In this document: positions 16,898 to 25,611 of the stretch, in pieces
How the letters are laid out: the number at the start of each line of letters is the position of its first letter
Numbering within the stretch: the stretch's first letter is position 1
DNA from: Candidatus Micrarchaeota archaeon
Lineage (GTDB): Archaea > B1Sed10-29 > WALL01 > WAMD01
DNA: 25,611 nucleotides
Direction of reading: 5' to 3'
NCBI GenBank assembly: GCA_964652335.1
Contig: CAZZDL010000003.1
Location: 1-25,611 of the forward strand
The notes under the pieces: generated by a model
Told to the model about the DNA's origin: nothing
Seen by the model: only the letters and a program-made list of their open reading frames with translations
The model's database searches: none
Position numbers and translations under genes: made by a program

Positions 16898-18166
16898 ATG
16901 AAGTTGAGGATGCATCTAATGGATGGGAAGCCTCCAGAGAGGCTGAGCAAGATTATAGGTACTTATAAGATGGGAAACTTCATCTTGGATATAACAAATT
17001 CTCCAACAAGGAAAAGAAGCTTTGGTGTTGGAGAAGTAATAATAAAGAATGAATTTCCAGAAGACCTCTGGAGGAAAACCAGCCTCGCTCTGGAGCAGTT
17101 CTTACTGAAACAATTCTACAAGAAAATGAAAAAGGCTGGATTTAGTTGGATAGAATTCCAAAGGCCCACTAGTTTTTTAGTGAAAAGATCTGGGATAAAA
17201 TTTGACGTTGATAAGATATACTTGAGATTTCACTTCAGGCCACCACTCAGGAAAAACAGAGTCAACGGAAAACTGTTGGCAAAGGGGTTTGAAAAGGTAT
17301 TGCCAAAAGTAGTGAATGAAAGTTTATCAGAGGTCATACATAGAAATGAAGAAATAAGGATGACAAAAAACTGCCTTGAGGATCAAATAGCGGTAAAAGC
17401 ATATCTAAGAGACAATGGATATACCATGTTCATCCCAAACGAGATAGTGTTTGGCAATTATAAAATCAGATTGAAAGGAAATGATGTTGTAAAGACTCCA
17501 CATTCTGGTAAAGTAAAAGGTGTCCTAATAAATGGTGGATCTGTCTGGTTGGCCAACTGCCCTATTGAGCTGTCCGAATTAATAGCAAAATCATACGCAT
17601 ACAGAAAATGTGATGATTACACAAGCTTATTAAAATCAGTAAATGATTTCGCTTTCATAGGTAGCCAGGACGTAAACGCAGTTGAATACTTCGGTGTAAA
17701 AAAAGTATTCTCCATAGAAAACCTGGGAATTGGTAAACAGATATACATAAACAACACAGATGGCGATCCTGCTATAACAATAGACATGAAGACAGGAGAA
17801 GTGACAAAAACTGGTAAAAACGAGAGTGTAATGAAAAATGAAATAATATCTCTCAGTCCTCCTGAATTTAGAAAGGTCAAACTAGTGGACAACACCATTT
17901 GGTATGAGGATAATAAGATCACATTACCATTCACGTTCGCTTCAACAATAATAGAAAAATCCCAGCTAAGAGGACTAGTGGACGCAGTCAACCTCTCAAA
18001 AAGATATGCAACTGGAAGGGATGTAAAAGCACTAGCAAACAAGGTAATAAGCGTAGTAAATAAAGATGGACTTAGGGTTTTGGGACTGGGTTTCTATACC
18101 GAATTTACTGGATGGCAGCTTTTTTATATCCTATGGAGGATGGCATTAAAAAGCTCGCAATCATAA
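16898..18166 (+). CDS. Divergent COG3044 / ABC_ATPase (MRB1590-like) family protein lacking the P-loop
   Basis: Colinear recalled family motifs: DGK..GTY..GNFILDI, FPEDLW..LALEQFL, LPKVVNESL, EDQ....YL...G...FIPN, PHSGKVKG, C-terminal SQLRGLVDA and DGL; no GxxxxGKS/T anywhere. Confidence 0.7.
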   Translation: MKLRMHLMDGKPPERLSKIIGTYKMGNFILDITNSPTRKRSFGVGEVIIKNEFPEDLWRKTSLALEQFLLKQFYKKMKKAGFSWIEFQRPTSFLVKRSGIKFDVDKIYLRFHFRPPLRKNRVNGKLLAKGFEKVLPKVVNESLSEVIHRNEEIRMTKNCLEDQIAVKAYLRDNGYTMFIPNEIVFGNYKIRLKGNDVVKTPHSGKVKGVLINGGSVWLANCPIELSELIAKSYAYRKCDDYTSLLKSVNDFAFIGSQDVNAVEYFGVKKVFSIENLGIGKQIYINNTDGDPAITIDMKTGEVTKTGKNESVMKNEIISLSPPEFRKVKLVDNTIWYEDNKITLPFTFASTIIEKSQLRGLVDAVNLSKRYATGRDVKALANKVISVVNKDGLRVLGLGFYTEFTGWQLFYILWRMALKSSQS

Positions 18167-18186
18167 TCCAATACACGGGTGGTAAA

Positions 18187-20145
18187 ATGGAAGGTGTATT
18201 AACTGGATTGATAGGCCTAGTGTATGTTTTGTATCTTATCAACTTTGTAATAAAACACAAAATAAAAAAGGATAAAACCAAAGAAGTGACTCACCTTATA
18301 AAAACGGGTGCTCGTGCTTATTTACATAGTCAGTATACACTTGTCCTCGTATTCGTTGTAATTGTAACCGCTATCCTCTGGCTCACTAGTGGCTGGGGAA
18401 TTGCCCTCGCTTTTGCATCTGGAAGTCTACTTTCAGCGATAAGTGGATATATAGGAATGGAAGTTGCCACTAGTGCAAACGGTAGAACGGCGGAGGCAGC
18501 TTCAGACAGTGTGAAAAAAGCATTGAGAATTGCTTTCTCCGCCGGGTCTGTTATGGGGCTTACTGTTGTAAGTCTTGGATTGATTGGACTAAGCATTGTA
18601 TACATGTATCTATCTTCTCATCTTGGAGTAAATGCAGCGTTGCAAAGCATAATAGGGTTTGGATTTGGCGCTTCAGCTATGGCATTGTTCGCTAGGGTTG
18701 GTGGAGGGATATACACAAAAGCTGCCGATGTTGGTGCTGATTTGGTTGGGAAAGTAGAAAAGGGAATACCTGAAGATGATCCAAGAAATCCGGCTGTGAT
18801 AGCAGATAATGTTGGTGATAATGTTGGTGACGTAGCAGGAATGGGAGCGGATCTATTTGAATCATACGTAGATTCCATAATCTCTGCAATGATACTTGCA
18901 TTCGTTGGTTTTGGAGTTGAAGGGATTCCAATCCCAATAAGGATTGCATCTATCGGATTGATTGCATCAATAATTGGAACACAATTGGTGCATACAAAAG
19001 GAGCAAGGATAAAAGATTTACTATGGGGGTTAAGGCGTGGTTTCATTGCAGCAATTTTAATCGTGGTAGTTATTAGCTTTCTACTATTTGATCAGTCCAC
19101 AGCAATAGCGGTAACAATAGGGTGTTTGACTGGATTGATTATAGGGTTTTCTACCGAGTATTATACATCTCCAAACTATCCAAGCACGAAATTCGTAGCG
19201 AAGGCAGCTAAGGATGGTGCTGGCATAAATGTTATAGCTGGACTATCAGTAGGAATGAAATCAACAATAATTCCAGTTATAATAATAGTCATTGCATTAG
19301 TACTTGCCACAAAAGTTGCTGGAGTATATGGGGTTGCCCTTGCGGCTGTTGGTATGTTATCCACTTTAGGAGTAACGTTGGCATCTGATGCATACGGTCC
19401 AGTAGCAGATAACGCTGGCGGAATAGCAAAGATGGCTGGGCTTGGCACGAGAACCAGGAAGAGAACAGATGTCTTGGATGCACTTGGGAATACAACCGCA
19501 GCTGTCGGAAAGGGGTTTGCAATTGGTTCAGCAGCACTGACATCCTTAGCATTAATAACAGTCTTCATACAAAATACTGGATTGAACGTATCAGAGTTTA
19601 GTCTTGGAGATCCATTTGTAGTATCTGGAATAATTCTTGGTGCAATGATGCCGTTTGCATTTTCATCTTCAATAATAAAATCAGTAGGTAAAACAGCTGA
19701 GAAAATAGTTGAAGAGGTCAGAAGGCAGTTCAAAAGAAAATCAATACTAAAAGGAAAAGGAAAACCAGATTACGAAAGGTGTGTAAGAATAGCATCAACA
19801 CATGCGGTAAAAGAAATGATATACCCAGGAGCGTTGGCAATCCTAGTTCCCATAATCGTTGGTTTTGTGCTAGGAGTAAAAAGTTTGGCAGGATTGCTCA
19901 TCGGTGCAACCTCTACTGGCTTTCTAATGGCTGTGTTTATGGCTAACGCTGGCGGAACTTGGGACAATGCCAAAAAGATGATTGAAAAAGGATTATTCGG
20001 AGGACCTGGAAGTGAAGCTCATAAATCAGCAGTTATAGGAGACACTGTTGGGGATCCACTCAAAGACTCAAGTGGGCCAAGTCTAAATATATTGATAAAG
20101 CTTATGAGTATCGTGGCTTTGGTTATAATAAGATTTATTGTGTGA
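18187..20145 (+). CDS. hppA: Membrane-bound cation-translocating pyrophosphatase, K+-dependent type
   Basis: [76 protein letters not shown] 18187 after GGGTGG. Confidence 0.97.
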   Translation: MEGVLTGLIGLVYVLYLINFVIKHKIKKDKTKEVTHLIKTGARAYLHSQYTLVLVFVVIVTAILWLTSGWGIALAFASGSLLSAISGYIGMEVATSANGRTAEAASDSVKKALRIAFSAGSVMGLTVVSLGLIGLSIVYMYLSSHLGVNAALQSIIGFGFGASAMALFARVGGGIYTKAADVGADLVGKVEKGIPEDDPRNPAVIADNVGDNVGDVAGMGADLFESYVDSIISAMILAFVGFGVEGIPIPIRIASIGLIASIIGTQLVHTKGARIKDLLWGLRRGFIAAILIVVVISFLLFDQSTAIAVTIGCLTGLIIGFSTEYYTSPNYPSTKFVAKAAKDGAGINVIAGLSVGMKSTIIPVIIIVIALVLATKVAGVYGVALAAVGMLSTLGVTLASDAYGPVADNAGGIAKMAGLGTRTRKRTDVLDALGNTTAAVGKGFAIGSAALTSLALITVFIQNTGLNVSEFSLGDPFVVSGIILGAMMPFAFSSSIIKSVGKTAEKIVEEVRRQFKRKSILKGKGKPDYERCVRIASTHAVKEMIYPGALAILVPIIVGFVLGVKSLAGLLIGATSTGFLMAVFMANAGGTWDNAKKMIEKGLFGGPGSEAHKSAVIGDTVGDPLKDSSGPSLNILIKLMSIVALVIIRFIV

Positions 20146-20154
20146 GGGGATGAT

Positions 20155-20568
20155 ATGAAAGCAACCGAAATTAAAAAATTCATTGCAAAGGAATTGTATA
20201 TAATAGACTTATACCACGACTACATGAAAAAGATTGATGACCTGGACATAAGAAAGACATTGATGACATTGATAGTAGAGTCCCTAATCCACGCAGACAT
20301 GTTTGATGAACTTTTAAGGCAAAAGATAGGCGCTGGGGCAAAGAGACAGTTAACCGATGATGAAATAGAAACCCTGCTAAAGGAAGGAATGAAGGAGGAA
20401 GTAGACGCTAGAGAGATGTATAAGAAAGCTCTTGAAGAACCGGACACAACAGAAACAGAAAAGGAAGCTTTAAACATGATAATAAGCGATGAAATCAGAC
20501 ATGAAAAAATGCTTAAAGATCTTGTAAGGCGGTTGTATGAAGCTAATATACAGAGGGGCAGAGGCTGA
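20155..20568 (+). CDS. Ferritin-like (rubrerythrin-type) four-helix diiron domain protein
   Basis: Two E..Y / ExxH pairs: [14 protein letters not shown] and [14 protein letters not shown]; no rubredoxin CxxC domain. Confidence 0.75.
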   Translation: MKATEIKKFIAKELYIIDLYHDYMKKIDDLDIRKTLMTLIVESLIHADMFDELLRQKIGAGAKRQLTDDEIETLLKEGMKEEVDAREMYKKALEEPDTTETEKEALNMIISDEIRHEKMLKDLVRRLYEANIQRGRG

Positions 20569-21130
20569 ACTCTGGAAATCCAAATTCCTCGGATTGCCAT
20601 GCGTATTAAAGAAAAGGATTAGGAAAGAGTATAGGATAAAAGAAATTGATGAACGAATCAGGACATCAAGAGTAAAAAATGAGACTAGAATGCTGATTAA
20701 GGCTAGGAGATACGTAAATACTCCCCATGTGCTAGATGTGGATGAAGATGAATGTTCAATAATACTGGAGTACATTGAAGGCATGAAGGTTAGAGATATA
20801 ATTTACGAAGGAAAAATGGTTGAACGGATTGGAAAAGAGATTGGCAAGTCAATCAGAAAACTCCATGATGCTGGTATTGTCCACAATGACTTAACAACGT
20901 CTAATTTTATCTGGAACGGAAAACTCTGGTTGATAGATTTCGGGCTGGCAAAGTCAAGTGAAAGGATTGAAGATAAAGCTACCGATTTAGTTGTATTCAA
21001 AAGAATGATCTTTGCAAGCCATTGGGATGTGGCGGATAGATTATGGAAGGCATTCTCAAAAGGATACAGACTAAGCAAAAAGATGGAAGAAAGGATAAAA
21101 GAGATTGAGAGCAGAGCTAAATACATGTAA
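20537..21130 (+). CDS. bud32: KEOPS kinase/ATPase Bud32
   Basis: YRGAEA, KKRIRKEYR..IDERIR..R, HNDLTTSN, IDFGLA, EDKATDL, C-terminal IESRAKY. Confidence 0.96.
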   Translation: MKLIYRGAEAELWKSKFLGLPCVLKKRIRKEYRIKEIDERIRTSRVKNETRMLIKARRYVNTPHVLDVDEDECSIILEYIEGMKVRDIIYEGKMVERIGKEIGKSIRKLHDAGIVHNDLTTSNFIWNGKLWLIDFGLAKSSERIEDKATDLVVFKRMIFASHWDVADRLWKAFSKGYRLSKKMEERIKEIESRAKYM

Positions 21131-22057
21131 CTATCTCATTAGTAATGCTAACACTGCCTTCTGCACGTGAAGCCTATTTTCTGCCTCATCAAATACAACA
21201 CTTTGCTCGCTGTCTATAACTTCGTCCGTTACTTCGTGATTCCTATGCGCAGGCAAACAGTGCATAAATATAGCGTTCTTATCTGCCATTGCCATTAGCT
21301 CTGAATTAACTTGATATGGAGATAAGTCTTCTATCCTCTTCTTTTCTTCCTCCTCCCTTCCCATTGACACCCAAGTATCTGTATAAACAACGTCTGCCCC
21401 GGTTACGTCTGAGGGATCATTTGAGATAGCAAGACTTCCACCGCTGATCTCATTGTTTTCATTTGCCATTGAAATGACTTCATCTGCTGGTTCATATCCC
21501 TTGGGTGTGATCACAACAATGTTAGAGCCAAGCTTTGAAGCTAAAAGCATGAGAGAATGGGTAACGTTGTTGTTCCCATCTCCTATGTATGCTATCTTTA
21601 CATTAAATGTATGCTTATGCTCTAATATGGTGTAAAAATCAGCCAATGCCTGGCATGGGTGATACATATCGCTAAGCGCATTTATAACTGGGATTGTTGC
21701 ATTAAGGGCCAATTTCTCTATCTTCTCATGCTCATATACCCTAGCTATTATGCCATCAACCATTCTTGATAAAACCATGGCTGTGTCTTCTATTGTCTCC
21801 CCTCTAGATAACTGTATGTCATTCTTTGAAAGATATAATGCATGCCCCCCAAGCTGGGTCATTGCAACCTCAAAGCTGACCCTAGTCCTTGTTGAGGGCT
21901 TTTCAAATATCATACCAAGAGATTTCCCTTCAAGTAAGTAATGCCTTCTACCCATCTTTGTTTCTGTTTTTAAATGCTTTGTTACGTCAAATATTGTGTC
22001 TATATCTTTTCTAGTCAGATCATTAACAGTTACTAAGTCCTTAACACTTAACTGCAT
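21131..22057 (-). CDS. argF: Ornithine carbamoyltransferase
   Basis: FEKPSTRTR, HPCQ, GDGNN, DTWVSMG, HCLP, EAENR; ATG 22057 after GGGTGG. Confidence 0.97.
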   Translation of the reverse strand: MQLSVKDLVTVNDLTRKDIDTIFDVTKHLKTETKMGRRHYLLEGKSLGMIFEKPSTRTRVSFEVAMTQLGGHALYLSKNDIQLSRGETIEDTAMVLSRMVDGIIARVYEHEKIEKLALNATIPVINALSDMYHPCQALADFYTILEHKHTFNVKIAYIGDGNNNVTHSLMLLASKLGSNIVVITPKGYEPADEVISMANENNEISGGSLAISNDPSDVTGADVVYTDTWVSMGREEEEKKRIEDLSPYQVNSELMAMADKNAIFMHCLPAHRNHEVTDEVIDSEQSVVFDEAENRLHVQKAVLALLMR

Positions 22058-22092
22058 AATACCACCCCACATATTAACAATAGCAGTATTTA

Positions 22093-23004
22093 TTAGCCTT
22101 GAGTGATAATCGTACCTGTTTTTCTATTCAAGGCATCCAACACCTTGTCTAGTCTGGTTATTATTGAAAACTTTCCTCCTGATTCAACGAATTTTATTGC
22201 AGCCAAAATTTTTGGTTTCATGCTACCTTCTGAGAAATGACCTTCACTTAGGTAGCTCTTCATTTTCTCAAGAGTAATCTCTCTTATTGGTTTTTGGTTT
22301 GGTTTTCTAAAGTTGAGATACGCGTACTCAACGTCAGTAAGTATTATCAACCCATCTGCCCCTATTTCCCTGGCTATAACGTACGACGCTAAATCTTTAT
22401 CAATAACTGCCTCAACCCCTGTTAAATCCTCCAAAACAGGTATCCCTCCTCCCCCGCCACATACAACTATATAACCTCTATCCAGCAAAGCCAAAATGGC
22501 CTTTGACTCTAGACTCCTGATAGGCATTGGGCTAGGAACAACTCTCCTGTATCCCCGTCCTGCGTCTTCTTTCACTACCCACTCTTTAGGTAATCCTTTT
22601 GGACTAGGATAAAATGGACCTACAGGCTTTGTTGGATTCTCAAAAGCGGGATCGTTCTTATCAACCACCATTCTAGTTAATACACTAACAGTCCTTTTAT
22701 CCATCCCTTTTTCTCTCATAACCTTGTCCATCTCTGTCTGAATAGCATATCCAAGAAGCCCTTGAGTCATTGCATCGCACGCATCCAGAGGCATTGGTGG
22801 GACAAGTCCCTTGGCCTGTTCCTGTTGTATGAGCAGTGCCCCAACCTGTGGACCATTTCCATGAGTTATAACAATTTCGTGCTCCCTAGCTATCTCTGCC
22901 AGAAAACCAGATGTTCTCCTTAGATTCGCCAATTGGCTACTGAATGTCCCCCTCTCTCCTCTTTTTAGTATAGCATTTCCGCCAAGGGCGATTACTAATC
23001 TCAT
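22093..23004 (-). CDS. arcC: Carbamate kinase
   Basis: VIALGGNA, THGNGPQVG, PTKPVGPFY, RRVVPSP, GGGGIPV, EAVIDKD, GSMKPK. Confidence 0.97.
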   Translation of the reverse strand: MRLVIALGGNAILKRGERGTFSSQLANLRRTSGFLAEIAREHEIVITHGNGPQVGALLIQQEQAKGLVPPMPLDACDAMTQGLLGYAIQTEMDKVMREKGMDKRTVSVLTRMVVDKNDPAFENPTKPVGPFYPSPKGLPKEWVVKEDAGRGYRRVVPSPMPIRSLESKAILALLDRGYIVVCGGGGGIPVLEDLTGVEAVIDKDLASYVIAREIGADGLIILTDVEYAYLNFRKPNQKPIREITLEKMKSYLSEGHFSEGSMKPKILAAIKFVESGGKFSIITRLDKVLDALNRKTGTIITQG

Positions 23005-23011
23005 AGCATGA

Positions 23012-23251
23012 CTACTCCAGCTCAAGCTCCTTCTTTATCTCTCTTATTATTTCGCCAGTCTTCAATTCCCCAACCATTGTTGGTAGATTTTTTTCTGCAT
23101 AGTCCAAAAACGCCTTTATCTTCCCTTCAGTTAACTCCTCTGGACCAGTAACTCCAACCTTCTTCAGATAATGGTCAAATAATTCTCTGACGCCATGCCT
23201 CCCGCCTACTTCATGTATCCTTAAATGAGCCTCTTTTCCTAATTTTGGCAT
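23012..23251 (-). CDS. Hypothetical small helical protein, first gene of the arcC-argF unit
   Basis: Fills the gap between a TATA region and arcC, 7-nt gap to arcC, E/K-rich composition like other genes here; no family recognised. Confidence 0.65.
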   Translation of the reverse strand: MPKLGKEAHLRIHEVGGRHGVRELFDHYLKKVGVTGPEELTEGKIKAFLDYAEKNLPTMVGELKTGEIIREIKKELELE

Positions 23252-23280
23252 ACTAAGTTTATGCAAACACTAGTTAAAAT

Positions 23281-23296
23281 AATTATATAGATATAT
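23281..23296. promoter_or_regulatory. Divergent TATA region for rdgB and the arcC unit
   Basis: TTATATAG (23283-23290) about 21 nt before ATG 23312; TATATAAT on the minus strand. Confidence 0.5.
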
Positions 23297-23311
23297 GAGC
23301 TAAATTCAACC

Positions 23312-23863
23312 ATGGAGCTAGTGTTCGTGACAGGGAACAAGAGGAAATTTGAGGAGGCAAGAGAGATTTTGGGTGACGTAGGAATAGATATTGCTTGGAA
23401 AAACATTGACCTGAAAGAAATTCAGGCAGACAGCTTAGAAGAAATTGCTAAGGAGAAAGCGATAGATGCCTACGAAAAGCTTAGAGAGCCATGCTTTGTT
23501 GAAGACGCTGGCCTATTTGTGAAAGCGTTAAATAATTTCCCTGGGCAGTACTCAAAATTCGTTTTGAATACGATTGGATATGAAGGAATAATAAAACTAA
23601 TGAAAAATGAAATGGATAGAACTGCAGAATTTAGGGCAGTTATTGCGTTTACAGACGGCAAGGAGGTAAAGACGTTCAAAGGAGTTGTAAAAGGGAAAAT
23701 AGCTCTAAAACCAAGCGGAGAATCTGGATTTGGTTTTGATCCAATATTTATCCCTAATGGATATGAAAAGACATTTGCAGATGATCCTGTAACAAAAAAT
23801 AGAATTAGCCATAGAAGGAATGCATTGCTAGCATTCAAAGAATGGCTAATCTCTAATAAGTAA
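23312..23863 (+). CDS. rdgB: XTP/dITP diphosphatase (RdgB/HAM1 ITPase)
   Basis: FVTGNKRK, EIQ, VEDAGL, FPGQYSK, GFGFDPIF, KNRISHR. Confidence 0.97.
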   Translation: MELVFVTGNKRKFEEAREILGDVGIDIAWKNIDLKEIQADSLEEIAKEKAIDAYEKLREPCFVEDAGLFVKALNNFPGQYSKFVLNTIGYEGIIKLMKNEMDRTAEFRAVIAFTDGKEVKTFKGVVKGKIALKPSGESGFGFDPIFIPNGYEKTFADDPVTKNRISHRRNALLAFKEWLISNK

Positions 23864-25354
23864 TCAGGTTCCCTTCTTGTATACCCATAGACGTCTTATC
23901 CTAGCTTCAACCCTGAAAAATACTGGGGCGTCTATCTTTAGATCACCGCCTATGTGTTTTATGTAGGAGAGTACTTGACTCGGGATATGCAGGTTTGCAT
24001 TCTCCATTGTTGTTTTATCGAACTGGAATTCCCTTGACTTTAACGGCTCATTTTCTATTTCAGCAGCTACAAAATTAGCCAGAGCGTCTCCCATCTTTAT
24101 TCCTGTTTTCACGCCGTTGATTAATGCTTCATGATCTCCAACCGATGGCAAGGCTAGAATAGAACCCTTGTAAACCACCAGCTCATTGCTAAATCCTGGT
24201 CCGACAAGGCTCTTTTCATATCCAACTATCCAGACCTCTAGAGCCTTCTCGTCAAATTCCCTTTCATAGACCTTAAATTCACATGGGGCTGGCTGGGAAG
24301 AATAAAGCTTTGCATTCTTTAGAATTGCATTAACTATCTCCTTTCCTAGTTTTGTTTTTGGTTTCTTTTCAATTCCTATCTTTGATGCAATCTCTTCGTC
24401 TGACAAGTACCACTCTCCGTAAAATTGAGGATAGAGGGCAGAGAGCGGTTCCTTACCCATTGCTCTATACATCTTCAATAGGTCTATCTCAAAATAGAAC
24501 ACGGGATCCTCTATCCCATAGTTGTGAAGTGAGGTGGAGGAGAGCTGAGCAATATGGCCAAAGGTCGTTTCCCTAAACTTCATTTTCATGAAGGATCTTG
24601 GGATGAAAGCAAGATATGTGGTTATACTCGGGAGAAAGCTAGGTGTCATATTAAGATCTGAAAAAATCTTAGAAAGGATGCCTTTCAATTGGGATATACT
24701 TGAATCCCCAACCAGCACGCCAGATAGTATTGGTCTTGTTTCCTCAAAAATATGGACATTACCGATTGCAAAATAAGCTCTAGGAGAAGGATATCTCTTA
24801 TATAACTCAGATAATGTCTTGAACCACAATGAGCAAAGAGAGGAAGATAAAAATCTTCCAGATAAAGAGAATTTTGTCTTCATAACCCTCTCAGTCAGCA
24901 ATATGGCCTGTTCTGGTAAAAGTCCTGCCACCTCTACTAAAAGCCTGGGCACGTCTCTAGCAAGGATCTTTCCAGATGAATAATCATCAAACAATGTTTT
25001 AACCTTGTTTAAAGTAGATTTTCCTATATCTGGAATCACTTTTTTGATATCTTCATCTGTCAATGTATGCATCCTAGATGAAACAGCTAGTTGAGGAAAA
25101 TCGTTTATGTAAAAATTTATTCCCAGCTGGTTGTCTAAATCAGCCTTATCAATAATCTCGGGCAGGACAACTTCGTTAAAACCTAGTTTGATTAGACTGT
25201 TTGACAAGGTCCTTTCAAATTCCATAAACTCATTTGGACTAGCCTTACCAAGCTCTACCTCTCCGTCTAGCCTAGGCTCCTCTGACAACCATTCTGCTAG
25301 CTTGGATTTTCTCATGGTACTACTAACGATTAGCTTGTTTAAAAATCTTTCCAT
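23864..25354 (-). CDS. O-phosphoseryl-tRNA synthetase (SepRS)-like protein with degenerate catalytic motifs
   Basis: SepRS-like C-terminal half (LYPQFYGEW.LSDEEIA, PAPCEF, LVGP...NELVVYKG.I, G..TGI, APVF) and motif-1 region LGFNEVV.P; class II motif 2 and 3 arginines absent. Confidence 0.8.
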   Translation of the reverse strand: MERFLNKLIVSSTMRKSKLAEWLSEEPRLDGEVELGKASPNEFMEFERTLSNSLIKLGFNEVVLPEIIDKADLDNQLGINFYINDFPQLAVSSRMHTLTDEDIKKVIPDIGKSTLNKVKTLFDDYSSGKILARDVPRLLVEVAGLLPEQAILLTERVMKTKFSLSGRFLSSSLCSLWFKTLSELYKRYPSPRAYFAIGNVHIFEETRPILSGVLVGDSSISQLKGILSKIFSDLNMTPSFLPSITTYLAFIPRSFMKMKFRETTFGHIAQLSSTSLHNYGIEDPVFYFEIDLLKMYRAMGKEPLSALYPQFYGEWYLSDEEIASKIGIEKKPKTKLGKEIVNAILKNAKLYSSQPAPCEFKVYEREFDEKALEVWIVGYEKSLVGPGFSNELVVYKGSILALPSVGDHEALINGVKTGIKMGDALANFVAAEIENEPLKSREFQFDKTTMENANLHIPSQVLSYIKHIGGDLKIDAPVFFRVEARIRRLWVYKKGT

Positions 25355-25521
25355 TTTGGTTTGACTTTTTAAAGCTTTTTAATAGATATGGTTAGAATAT
25401 CTAAAAGTTGTTTTATAAAAATTTAGAATAAAAAACCGGTGAAGCAAGTAAGTAACTTTGTAAGCGATAACCTATGGGTAAATATTTAACTAGATTATGT
25501 GTAATCACTACAGGTGATAAT

Positions 25522-25611
25522 ATGCCTTTTACTAAAGCAAAGGCAAGGAAAATAGTTAAAGAGGTAATAATGCCAAAGCTCCCTAAGCATCCTGGAAAAA
25601 TAAGAAAGCTG
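25522..25611 (+). CDS. 5' part of an unidentified protein running off the window
   Basis: GGTGA (25513-25517) then ATG; open for 30 codons: MPFTKAKARKIVKEVIMPKLPKHPGKIRKL. Confidence 0.6.
   Translation, partial: MPFTKAKARKIVKEVIMPKLPKHPGKIRKL

Noticed and set aside
18112..18186. Longer N-terminus for HppA as given in the ORF track
   Set aside because: Overlaps the upstream gene by 55 nt; ATG 18187 has an SD-like GGGTGG and leads straight into the first TM helix
23864..25354. Annotation as active sepS, as pheT, or as a pseudogene
   Set aside because: Catalytic motifs are missing, PheT B3/B4 and B5 domains are not evident, and the frame is intact at near full length

Overview
AT-rich, very compact archaeal chromosome segment; the lineage cannot be fixed from sequence alone. 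Bases 244-15201 hold the archaeal S10/spc ribosomal-protein superoperon (uL3 to uL15, with SUI1 and RNase P protein Rpp29), then secY, a DUF106/EMC3-type membrane protein, eL14, cbf5 and an RsmC-like methyltransferase; adk, eL34 and cmk are absent from their usual places. A tRNA-Ser(UGA) follows, with an unusual GC-rich trailer: a 76-nt cloverleaf-like fold, two 29-bp repeats and an orphan tRNA 3' fragment. The right part holds a Lys/Thr-repeat basic microprotein, KEOPS genes kae1 and bud32 separated by three genes (degenerate COG3044-like ATPase, membrane pyrophosphatase hppA, ferritin-like protein), an inverted carbamate kinase-ornithine carbamoyltransferase pair, an RdgB/HAM1 ITPase, and a full-length homologue of O-phosphoseryl-tRNA synthetase (SepRS) that looks catalytically dead. 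The best leads are the two intact pseudo-enzymes, the KKKTT protein, and candidate structured RNAs at 42-115 and 15312-15387. All family assignments come from motif recognition by eye; no searches were run.
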